Shown here in pieces: positions 25,615-36,969 of a stretch of DNA of 64,000 bases (positions are counted from its first letter, which is position 1; each line of letters starts with the position of its first letter). This DNA is from Azolla caroliniana (Eukaryota > Plantae > Polypodiophyta). Where the stretch lies: NCBI GenBank assembly GCA_043228905.1, contig JBHGNT010000010.1, positions 3,100,001 through 3,164,000 of the forward strand, given 5' to 3'. The notes beneath the pieces were generated by a model. The model was not told the DNA's origin. It was given only the letters and a program-made list of their open reading frames with translations, and did not search any database. A program made the position numbers and the translations under genes.

Positions 25615-28600
25615 AAAGGGCTGCCAAGGCGTGGGGCCGAGACAGCCCAGACACTCGGAAAAGACCCCACGACTGTACGATAGAACCGAAACCGAAGGAA
25701 CCCTATACAATAGGTAGGAAATTTTGCTTCTCCGACAACGGAGGGTGTATGATAGTCGGCATCGTTGGCCGAGAAAAGACAAGGGCAGAAGTGCGACTTC
25801 GAGCGTGCGGAGTTCTCGGCCCGGACGAGGAAATCAGCGGAGCCATGGAGGCGGTCTCCTTCGACGACACCTTGGGAATGCTGAGGAAGGTAGCCGGAGA
25901 AGACCTTAACGAAGACCGGATGATACCGGTATGTTCCGAAGAGATGTACGAAGTCATCGCGAACTTCAATCGAGGGCTCGGGTCGGATCGGACGGCCCGA
26001 GTTAGCACAAAGTACAAGACTGTGGACCGGAAGGTAAGGCCAGTCGCGGCACCCTTACCGGAGGGTAGCGAGTCCCGAATCAGAGGGGTTCCGTCGAACC
26101 CCAGTTTACGAGATCCGGCCTGCATAGGACACACCTTCACCGACGGGACGCTCCGGGAGCTCAAGATCGGTGGGGGCGGGTTCCTACTGCTGGCGGAGGA
26201 AGACCGGTTTCGGAGAATGCTCGAAAGTCACGGGAAAGCCTTCGCATTCTCGCCGGAAGAGATCGGGTGCGTAGACCCGACAATTGTGGAGCCGATTCCG
26301 GTACCGCATGTGCCGTGGAATCTCAAGCCGATTCCGGTACCAAGAGCTCACATCCCGGAGTTGATGGAGCTACTGAGGCAGAAAGTCGATATGGGCATTC
26401 TCGAACCGTCGAGTGCCCCATACTCGAACCGATGGTTTACCGTACCAAAGAAAAACGGAATGTTGCGCTTCATTCAAGACCTGCAGCCGGTCAACAGAGT
26501 GACCATTCGGAACGCAGGAATCGGACCGACCATAGACGAGTTCGCGGAGGCCTTCGCCGGAAGGTCGATTTACTCGGTCGGTGATCTGTACTCGGGGTAC
26601 GACCAGTTCCAGCTAGCCGTGGAGAGCAGAGACATTACGACGATGCGAACTCCCCTCGGCCTAGTGCGAATGTGTACCCTGCTGCAAGGCAGGACCAACT
26701 CGGTGGCCCACATGGTGAATGCAATGAACAAGGTACTGAGGGATTGCATCCCGGACATCACCATGCCGTTTCTAGAAGACATCTATTTCAAAGGGTGCCC
26801 GGTGGAAGAGAAGGACGAGACAGTCGGGCCGGACAGATGCCGGCGGTTCGTGCAACACACATCGACGACTGCGAGAAGGTGCTACAAAGGCTAGAGGATG
26901 CGAGGCTCACCTTCTCCGGGGAGAAATCGGCCTTCGGACAATCAAAAATCCTGGTGGTCGGACACCTGTGTGGACCATATGGCCGGAAGCCGTCGCCGGC
27001 AAAGGTAGAAGCCATCTCCGCGATGAACACCGACTGTAGCTCGGTTACGGGTTGCTGAAGAAAGGGCGAAAATTCGAGTGGCGAGACGAGCACACGGAGT
27101 CGGTCCGGAAGCTGAAGGAAGCTCTTGCGGCAGCACCGGCGCTCCGGAAGGCTGTCTACGGGAAGGGTACCCCGGTATACATAACGGTGGATACGAGTCC
27201 AACCGGGATCGGATGGGTCGTCAACCAAGAAGACGAAGACGACATTCGGTTCCCGATCCGATTCGGCGCAAAGGTCCTCAGTGAGCGACAGCAAGGGTAC
27301 GCCTAGGTTGAACGCGAACTCTGGGGTATCGTTTCGGCAGTAAAGGCCGACAAAGACTACCTGATCGGGACAGAAGTGATTATCGAGACGGATTGCCTGC
27401 CAATTCTCGGCATGGTTTCCGGATGCGCGACACCGGACCTGGCGATGCTCAGGTGGATAGCGTACATCAAGTCCCTGGGCCCGGAAATACGGCACATTTC
27501 CGGAAAGGACAATGCCATGGCCGACATGCTTTCGAGGGCGAGGTTTGATGACGAGGGCGGCATGGTTTTGGAGGACGAAGAAGTTGGCGTGGACTTCTTC
27601 GAGGCGGCGTACGTGACGACCAATGGGACGAGCACTCCGGCACTTAACGACTTCGACGAGAGCAAGTACGACGGCGAGTGGCTCCGAATCGGTGGATTTT
27701 TTAGGACAATTACGCCGGATGCGTCATGGACAAAGGACGAGGCCAACCGGATCCGGAAGAAAGCTTACCGATTCTTTCTCCGGGACGGATACTTATGGAA
27801 GCACCCGAAGAAGAGGAACGACGTCCCGCTCCGGGTGGTGGCGATGAAGGAAGAACAGGAGGAGCTGCTGACGGCCTACCACGACAGCCCTTGGGCTGGA
27901 CACCGTGGAACGTGGGCCACGTTCGAGAAGATAAAGGGGAAGTACTGGTGGCCGGGACTGTACCGGGACGTGCATCGGTTCGTGACGACTTGCGAGAGCT
28001 GTTAGATGCACTCCATAGTCCGACATCGGGACGAGCTTCACCCTACGTACCCTCCGACCATCCACTTCCAATGGATGGTAGATCTGGTGACGATGCCGAT
28101 GGGAGTAGGACAGATGCGGTATCTGGTCCTAGCTCGAGAAGATCTGACGAACCAGGTGGAAGGCCGAGCCGTTTAGAAAAAAACGACCGCGGCCGTATGT
28201 CGGTTCCTGATCGAGGACGTGATATGCTGGTACGGGTGCGTCGGGAAGATCGTGGCTGATCACGGGGAGTTGGACGCCGAAGAGGCCGAGGAGCTGTTCG
28301 ACCGGCTAGGAGTCAAGCTCTCGCTTACCACTGCGTACAATCCGGAGGCGAATGGAAAGGTGGAGCGCGGACACGGACCGATCGTCAAGGCGTTAGTTCG
28401 GGCATGCGGAGGTCAAGTCGGGAACTGGCCGCGGCTGCTGCCTTACGCGTTGTGGGCTGACCGAACTACGCACAGTTCGGTAACCGGGTTCATGCCGGCA
28501 GAGCTCATGTTTGGGCAGAAGCCGGTCATGCCGATGGAACGTACGATCTCCTCGTGGCAACCGTGGACTGGAGAGACGAGATGAGCCGGGAGGAACTGCT

Positions 28601-29015
28601 AGCGGCGCGTATACCACAGCTCGAGCGAAGACCGGAAGACGTGGAGCAGGCTGCGGAAAAGCTTCGGGAAGCAAGGATGAGGAACAAAGCCCGGTTCGAC
28701 CGAACACACCAGCTCCGACCGAAGAAGATCGAGGAAGGCGACTGGGTGCTAGTCTACGACAGCAGCCTCGACAACCAGCACCGAGCGACACGGAAGTTCG
28801 CAAGAAGGTGGTTCGGGCCTTACGTGGTACAAAGCGCCAACGACAACGGGACGTACCATCTGGCGGAACTCGACGGCACGAGAGTGGCGATACCGGTAGC
28901 TGGGAAACGGATCAAAGCGTTCAAGAAGCGTCACGACGACGAGCCGGATCCGGTTAACTTGGACCGGGACGACGAACGATCCGAAACCGAGGAAGAACCG
29001 ACGGGCGGGGAATGA
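25611..29015 (+). pseudogene. Inner Gypsy pol (RT-RNase H-integrase), disrupted
   Basis: PSSAPYSNRWFTVPKKNG.LRFIQDLQPVN, DLYSGYDQF, FLEDI (YXDD position), ITVDTSPTGIGW, HDSPWAGHRG..CESC, AYNPEANGKVERGH, RRWFGPY. Stops at 27304, 28003 and 28174 plus frameshifts and deletions. Confidence 0.92.
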
Positions 29016-30669
29016 AGGCTGGACCGGTTTTCTCCGTCCCAACTCAATTTGGCGCATGCCGGTGGATGCGTGGTTAGGTGGGGGCGGATGTCATGAAGAA
29101 AACCGTCCACGAGCGGAATCGGTGCGCCGGAGCATAGGAACCGGCGCTTCAAGCACGTACGCCTTACGTTGTACATAAGAGAGCATTAGGGACATAGAGG
29201 ATCCTAGGTAGGTAGATTCGGTAGGTAGGAAGTTATTAGGAAACGGCTCCTTCCTTGCCTATAAAAGGAGGGAGACGAGGAGGGGGAAAGGGGATCGCGG
29301 AGAGTCGAGGACGAAGTGTTGTCGGTTTGTGGGCGAAGGCTTCTCTCTCTCTCTGGCTCGCAAACTCCATAGCTTCTTTCTGTGCAGGTTTCGGGAGGCT
29401 CGCGCTGCTCTGAGGAATGCCCGAGTGCTTCCGGCAGCACCTCCAACCTGCTCCTTTCTTTCTGTACGTTTACAAACAGGCATCGGCATCTGTTCGCCGG
29501 CCTGTTCGGTTGTAACCGACTTCGTGTTTTTGTTGCTTTCGTGTTCTTGTTGTTGTCTTTGTTAATACATACATACATTCGTGTCTCTCTGTGTCGCTGT
29601 CCCACTCGCGTCTTTGTGTCGAAGGGCCGTGTCCTTGTGAATCTACGCTCGCACGTAGTGGGTCTCTTTTCCTTTCTCTCTTGCTCTTCGGTACAGGACC
29701 CGCCTCATTCCACGCATCCGCGAGGAATACCTCGACACCGCGCCGAACACCGTCCCGTAGTCACGCTTCGATCCGGCCCGCGATGGCCACTTGCGAGACT
29801 CTTGTTCTGCCCAAGGTGTGCCTTTCCGGCCTGACACACCTCTCCGTGTTTGCCCTTACCGGCTTCTTCCGAACCTCGTGTCGTTGGGTCCCGTTCCCTG
29901 CCGCCACCGTCCTTCTCCCTCGGTCTCACGTTGCCACGTTGGCCGAACTGCCGGAGTCTCCGGATCAGTGTGAGGGTCCCATAGGACCAGACTCCGTTTC
30001 TATGCTTGCCGAAACTCGGGTGTCTTTTCTTTGAGTCCCTCCTGGACTCTCCTCGTGTCTTCCGCGTAGCCGGGTCCCGTTTCCCACCGCCACCTTCCTT
30101 CTCCCTCGGTCTCACGTTGCCACGATGGCAGCACAGCCGGAGTCTCCGGAACCGGTGTGGGGATCCCGTAGGACCGGACTTCCTTACGCCCATTGTCTTC
30201 GTCACCTCGCCGCCACCGTCAGTATCTTGGTCTTACGTCAACCGTGTTGCCGACTGCCGAAGTCTCTAGAACCGGTGTGAAGGATCCTCCGTCGACCGCC
30301 CTTCCGTAGCCCTTGCCTTCGTCACCTCGCCGCCACCGTCAGTATCTTGGTCTTACGTCGACCCCGTTGCCGACTGCCGAAGTCTCTAGAACCGGTGTGA
30401 AGTATCCTCCGTAAGGAATCGCCCGTCCATTCTTCGCCCTTGTCCGTAGCCACCGACTCTTCGTGGTCGGCGGTCGTCTTCTTACCGATCGCGCAAGCCC
30501 CGTCTGGGTTTGCTTCTCCAATGCTCGGGATCTCGGGCTGACACGCCCGAGACCGCTGGTCCCAACATTCCGGTTCCGCGATCGGTATCTCGGCCTCGTC
30601 CTTGGCCGTTCTATTTCCGCAAGTCGAGAGGGCGTTTCGTTCCGCACCCTCTCCTGTGGTACCGTCGTA

Positions 30670-31491
30670 TCAATCTTCCGCCGTCGCGTGGGGCAAGTCC
30701 ATCTCCTCGGTCTCAGCTTCTGGCCTCGATCCTCCCTCTTCCTCGAGCATCGCTTTGAGCATTGCGTACGCCTCCGCAATCCTGGACCCAACGCCGACCC
30801 TTGCCGACTCTCTTTGCCGTTCGGCCTCTTCCCGTTGTGATGGCACGCCGTCGCGTACCTTCCTCTTAGCCTTCTCGGCTCGCTCGTTGTCTAGCCTTTG
30901 GCACACCCTTCCGACCTTCGACCAATCCTCCGTAAGCCCATTCGCTCCATCATCATCTTCGAGCTCAATCCCGATGGCTTCCCGTTCCGCTCGGTCGATT
31001 GACCTGACGAACAAAAGGACTTTGTCCGCCCCCACCAAACCTTGTTCCTGCTCTGGGAGCCGAGCAAGTTGTCGCTCGAACTCCCGGAACACCTTCGTCG
31101 CACCCCGGTGGGTCTTTGCCGATGCTACCCACTGGTCGAAGTGGTGCCGTCCCCAGCTCTTCCGCCGTCCTCCGTATGCTTTCAGGAGCGCCTCTTCGAA
31201 GGCCTCCCACGAACTATGAGCCTCACAGAGCTCCTTTACTTCCGCACGCATCCGGACAGCTACGACCCGGCAGAAGAACTCCAGCCTCAACGCCTCGTCT
31301 ACGCCACGCTCCTCCATTTCCGCGTTGTAGGCTCCCAAGTAAGATGGGACTTTGTCCCCGTTGAAACGGCTGACTCTTTCGACCACTCGCTCAACCGCTT
31401 GTTGCGCTGCTTCTCGCCTCATCACCACTCGTGCCGACTCCAACACCACTTCGGCCACCATCTCCGCAAGGTCGTCGTCTTCCGACTCCAT
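30670..31491 (-). CDS. Gag-like ORF of outer element, 273 aa
   Basis: Starts just after the PBS. AVERVVERVSRFNGDKVPSYLGAYNAEM aligns with inner gag AIEAVVGTIGQFSGKDATKYLASYGAEM; SWEAFEEALL with TWEEFEGRLL; FREFERQLARL with LREFEERFARL. Confidence 0.8.
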   Translation of the reverse strand: MESEDDDLAEMVAEVVLESARVVMRREAAQQAVERVVERVSRFNGDKVPSYLGAYNAEMEERGVDEALRLEFFCRVVAVRMRAEVKELCEAHSSWEAFEEALLKAYGGRRKSWGRHHFDQWVASAKTHRGATKVFREFERQLARLPEQEQGLVGADKVLLFVRSIDRAEREAIGIELEDDDGANGLTEDWSKVGRVCQRLDNERAEKAKRKVRDGVPSQREEAERQRESARVGVGSRIAEAYAMLKAMLEEEGGSRPEAETEEMDLPHATAED

Positions 31492-31506
31492 CCTCCCTTG
31501 CCGCCT

Positions 31507-31524
31507 TTCACGTCGGGTTCACCA
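31507..31524 (-). promoter_or_regulatory. tRNA-Trp primer-binding site of outer element
   Basis: Same 18-mer as 24760-24777 in the opposite orientation, 4 nt from the 5' LTR. Confidence 0.8.
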
Positions 31525-31668
31525 AATATGTCGCGTTGTTACGCGCGTGCGTGGAGAAAGGCGGGACCACGGGGGTCTTGGACTAGAGAGGGATGGAGCA
31601 TAGGAAGTCGTGCTTCACTGCTTCTAGTGCATCTCAGAAACACACCGGAAGCAACCGAAGGGAGAGAG

Positions 31669-31700
<32 letters not shown>

Positions 31701-32302
31701 CATGCTTAACACCGACTCACGCACACACACGCACACACACCCCGACCCGACTCACGCCCTTATGTACAGGAAACACAGGAAAGGGGGGGGCACCCGACAC
31801 CAACATAGACGCGAATATACACAGACAGACGCAAACATATATATATGTATAAACAGAAGAATACAATCCCGGCTTCGACCCGGACTGGAGTAGGTTACAG
31901 TAGTCGTCTACTGCCAAGCCGCCGTCGAGGAGCTCTCAGCTCGTCGCGCCGAGCGGGGTCTTGCACAAGAGGCCGAACCAAAGCAAACCCTAAGCAAACA
32001 CGCAAAAGGAGAAGAAGAAGAACCTAACTCTAAATCTAACGGTATACCCTCTAATGCAAAATGGGCAACCCTTTTACAAAGGGCGTTCCCTTCCTTTTAT
32101 AGAACAAGGAAAGGGAGGCATTACAATGCGGGACAAATCCCGACTTACATGGGATCGTCTGTCCCGACTTGACTACTCTTCGGCGCCATAAAGGCGCCCT
32201 CGATATTCACACTAAATGTACATGGGTGCGTACACACGCTGCACCCCGCCGATGTAGCCAATGTTTCCCGGTTTTCGCCTATGGCCGAAATTCTTCACGA
32301 CA

Positions 32303-32640
32303 ACGTGTGCCCCAACAACTCGTCTTACATCATAGTGAAAGCTAAGTCTCATGGAAGCAATGGTTGTAATCGCATATAACGAGATGAGGTCTAACATGTA
32401 TTGACATGTTCGGATTTCCCGTTTAGGGAAGAATGAGCCTCCACATTTATCCCATATCATGATACATTGTCATTGCAAAAAGGCTTCATTCATAGAGGAA
32501 TCTATTGATGCATCATGAGGCAAGTATTGCATCCCATCTTCCAAACCATTTGTCCATATATTATATCCAAGTAGAACACAAAATTTTGCAAGCATGTCCT
32601 TTGGATCTCTTGGTTTGCTTCCCTATGATTCTAGGAACTC
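32303..32640 (-). mobile_element. Old LINE fragment, right half
   Basis: gtgccccaac...gctaagtc.catggaagcaatggtt...ccacattt.tcccat.tcatgatacattg aligns with 33913-34300 and continues the 14615-14822 piece without a gap. Confidence 0.82.
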
Positions 32641-33589
32641 AATCCTCTCTTATCTTTTTATTTTTAGCGTACGCAATTACATTTGATTCCATTGTGTCCA
32701 AAATTCAAATACCTTTGGATCTTTTGGTTTGCTTACCTATGATCTAGGAACTCAATCCTCCCTTATCTTTTTCTTTTTAACATACACAATTACATTTGAT
32801 TCCATTACGTATCCAAATAGTTTTGCCATTAGTGAATAGATCATGATGGTTCTATTATAGATCCAAATGGTCTTGCCATCAATGAGACTTTTTTTTTTTT
32901 TTTTTTTAAGGAATATACACCTTTGTATATTACTTGAAAAGTCTACATAAGAAAAACAGAAGGAGACATTTCATTTCACTTCTTTTTGTAAGGTACAAAA
33001 GCTAGTACATCTGATGATACAAATGATGTCATATATGAACAAGTAGAACAATACTTACTATCCACTATCCAACATAAACGAAGGTATGGCATAATTCCAC
33101 TTTGGACCAGCAATTGTCTCTGAAAATAATTGGAGTCCTTGCCATCGGTTCTTAAAGGCCACTTGTCGTTGCCACAAAACATCATCTGAACCCTGCAGAT
33201 CATCAAATTGGCCATGAAGTGTGTGAACAAACAACATCCAGAATTCAATAAGCATAGTGTTGAGTTGTATATGGGCATTGTTAAAAACTGAATCACATCA
33301 ATGAGACTATTAACAAGGATAAACCTATTTTGGATGGTGAATAAAACTTATTCTATGTAATTTGATTTGTCCAAAGGAAGTATTTTACTCATTATGTACA
33401 TATTCATTTTGCTACTATGAGAAAGGAGTCGCATACTAATATCCATAATGGAACAAATGTAAACCTTGTTCCAATCCAATAAAAAATTTCAAGTCTCATA
33501 GTGCATGTGGTAACACTCAAACGCAACATGAGATAATCTTAAGAAAATTAATGTTCAAAGTAGGCTATTAATATATATATATATATAAT

Positions 33590-33615
<26 letters not shown>

Positions 33616-33620
<5 letters not shown>

Positions 33621-35277
33621 ATTATCGTCTTCAGAGGTCAAATATGACCTATGAGACCAAAAATATTACATTTCACATGATACGTGTGAAGGTGAGTAGC
33701 GACTCTCGATGTTCAAGAACTTTACCAATGAATGTTGCAATCGAGAGTGCACATCGTGGTTGTGAGAGAAATTCGTGCAAGGATTGGGCTCGATCGAAGA
33801 GGTGTGGAAAGCATGGTCGAATATGATCAAAGGCAGAGCATTGTATCAAATGATACTCAGACTCTCGAACTTGTTTAGGGCAAAGTGTGCATAGTCGGCC
33901 ACTCTCATCACTTGTGCCCCAACGCCCCGTCTCACATCTCAATGTGTGCGAGCTAAGTCGCATGGAAGCAATGGTTCGAATGGCAGATATCGGGATGGGC
34001 TCTAACATGTATCGATGTGTACAACTTCCCCATTCCACGAAGCATATGGTTTTGTAGTTAGGTGCAACATTTGTAGTATAATGTGTGAAGCGTGAGCCAC
34101 CACATTTGTCCCATGTCATGATACATTGGCGTTGCAAAAAGGCCTCATTTACAGAGGAATCTAGTGACGCATCATGAAGCAAGTGTCTTGCATCCCATCT
34201 ATCAAACCATTTTTCTAAATCTTGCATCCAACCGGAACACAAAATTTTGCATTTATGCGTCTTTTGGATCTTTTTGCTTGCTTCCCATGCAATTCTAGGA
34301 AGTCGATGTGGGGCTTTTTTGAACCTTAAGCATGTATTCAACAACCCTTTCCATGGCCATGATCTCAATGGGAAGCGATCCCGTCTCAAGGAGGAGGGTA
34401 TATGGTGTTTGTTTCTTAACTTGTAGAAACTTTGTAAGAAATTGTTTTGGACATTTTCAAACTCTTTCCACGTAGATTTAGGGATGCTACCACCCCATAC
34501 TTCCACCCCATAGAGAAGAACCGGGGTCACCAAAGTGTCAAAAAGATATTTCTTGAGGACCCAACACTAAATATCTCCAAGATTGCATGTGTTCTCAAAT
34601 GCATAATATGCTCGCTTACCCGCCTCTAAGCGGCGTGTAGCACATTCATTCCATTTATGATTTGAAGGAACTTCATGGCCAAGATATTTGAAGCTTTCCA
34701 CACATTCAAGTGGCTCACCGTTGTACATAATGCATGGTTTGTCTCTTTTTTTACTCTTCACAAGCATAATCTTTGTTTTAGAGCTATTGGCACTTAATCT
34801 AGTATGCATGCAAAAATTTTCCAATGCCTTCATAAGCTTTTGTGCATCTCCTGAAGTATTTGCAAAAAGCACTACATCATTCGCATATAACAAAAGCATA
34901 ATCACAACATTCCCAATGGCAACTTCTTCAACACATTCTTTCTTTACAAACTTGGTAACCATTTCTTCTAATTCATCAATGCATAGACCAAATAATATTG
35001 GTGAGAGTGGGCATCCTTGCTTAACACCAATAGTGCTATTGAAAAAATCTGAAAGTCTATCTCTCATACGCACACAACATATGACCTTCTCATATATTCG
35101 GGAAATTGCATGCATATATTCACTTGGCACCTCAAGTTCTTCCATCCGCCTCCAAAGATGCTCACGAGGTACCATATCAAAAGCTTTCTTAAAGTCTACA
35201 AAGCAACAATATAAACTTTTACCTCTAAGGAAACTTTCCTCCGTTAATACTCGAAGAGTGACAAGATGATCAATGGA
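33616..35277 (-). mobile_element. 5'-truncated LINE (RT plus C-terminal CCHC domain; RTEX/L2-like rather than L1), frameshifted
   Basis: DHLVTLR...CCFVDFKKAFDMVPR, GVKQGCPLSPILF, LLYANDVVL, FKYLG, LRCETGRW..RLCTLC..ESEYHLIQC. Short ATA-type tail; (GA)n tracts on both sides. Confidence 0.9.
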
Positions 35278-36969
35278 AGAGAGAGAGAGAGAGAGAGAGA
35301 GGAAGAAGGAGAGATAGAGACAATATGTTCTTGTACATGGTTATATTAATGTGAAAATATCCTTGCAAGAAACAACACACTCATTTGATTGAAAACATGC
35401 AGGAGTCTTAATATGCAACACATCAAATATTTAAAGATGACCTTTGGCCTACCCACTACTAACAAAAAGCATGGTTCTTTTATTTTAATGTCAAGACATC
35501 CTTGTGGGAAAAAACACTCTCATCTTATTTTAAACAAGTAGGACTCTTCATAAGCAACACATCAAATGTTTAAAGATAATCTTTTCACCTATGCACTATT
35601 AACAAAAATCTCATAGAATCATATCCAATTCTTTACACGTCTATTTTAGAAACTCTTTATAAATTTTGTTTGACACCATGTACATTGGTCATATAATCCT
35701 TGCACACAAAACAAACTTGTTTGATGTTGCTATTATAGAAACTCTTTATAATTTAGTTTGACATCGTTTACATTGGTCATATGATCCTCCCACACAAAAC
35801 AAACTTTGTTAGCATCCTTTATTCATTTTTAGTGATGCATGGTAGTGGTATGTCTTTTCTATCAAAGAGAAAAAATGAGTATATACATAATAAAGCCTAC
35901 AATTCAAAATTCAAACCTATAAGAACCAATAGCCTTCTTCCTTCATTGTATCACTTCTTTTTCAGAATGTTAGTGGAACATCCAAAAGATGTAATTGGCC
36001 CCATCAACTTTGTCTTTCGGCACAAGTTCCAATAGAACATCCAAAATATTATGTGTTTGTTTTACAATCATTAGTGCAAAACATGTTCAATGTTGTTTTC
36101 AGTCCCATTCATTAGAGGTAGAATCACCATGACTTTACTCCGAAAAGTTTGAATTCCTTTCAACACGTTGCCCTATATTTTTTGTGATGTCAAGTAGCAG
36201 TTCCATTTTATTTTATAGTCTTACAAGTTTGGATCATCTCAATCTCTCTATTCTATTTGTGTGACCCCTTTTGTCAAAAGTAGAATTTCCATCACATCCA
36301 TTAGAAACATGGATGTAGATACCACCAGAATCTAGTCACACAATCACTCATCACTAGTAAAAAAGCACCACGCTAAGGACATTGGCAAGACAAGCAAAGG
36401 AGTGCAATAAGGAATATTTAAATTGTCATGACCAATATATAAAGTGCCTCGGCTCTAAATCATTAGTGTTGACAAAGGTTTTGGCTATTACTTGTGACCA
36501 ATGATCTTGATAGACTAATGGTTGTTAGAGAAAGCAATGGTATTTCAATCACAATGAAATTCCTTTCTGTTTAATTTCAATCTCATCATACACTTTTAGA
36601 GCTTCAATGATGGCATATCAATGCAGCCATTATTCATAATTAAGACTAATTAGATTGAAAACCATTTAAGCATTGTAGATTTTAGATCCTCACATGTGTT
36701 GATGCATGGAGACTCCATGCTTAGGGGGAGGAGTGAACTCTAGACCCAATGGAAGCTTGATAAGACACTTCTTAAACTTTCAATTTGCAAGCTGCACCCA
36801 AATGAAATAAGATATGTGCAGTTCTTTCTCCAGTAAGTGATTGCTTTGTTGGTTGCACCCAAAGTTGTCATTTTCAAAATTCAATCAACCATCCCTAGGA
36901 TAGAATGCAATGAGAAGGTGAGAGATGAGGAATAAAATCCTCTACTGTCAAGATAACCTCTAACCAGGT

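Larger units (their letters stand above)
16497..29737 (+). mobile_element. Inner Ty3/Gypsy LTR retrotransposon (~5.6 kb without nested insert); 5' LTR 16497-16842 + 24444-24756, 3' LTR 29089-29737
   Basis: LTRs differ by about 4 substitutions and one 10-bp deletion. 4-bp TSD CCGC at 16493-16496 and 29738-29741; PBS 24760-24777; PPT 29073-29088; domain order gag-PR-RT-RH-INT. Confidence 0.95.
14823..32302 (-). mobile_element. Outer non-autonomous Gag-only LTR retrotransposon (~4.2 kb once the nested insert is removed); 5' LTR 31529-32302, 3' LTR 14823-15576
   Basis: Two ~760-bp TG...CA direct repeats (about 15 substitutions by eye plus microsatellite length changes). 4-bp TSD ACGT at 14819-14822 and 32303-32306; PBS 31507-31524; PPT 15577-15592; gag ORF present but no pol. 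Confidence 0.92.

Noticed and set aside
33620-33660. Hammerhead ribozyme core (CTGAAGA) at the LINE 3' end
   Set aside because: No stem II or downstream GAAA; only a simple hairpin is supported.
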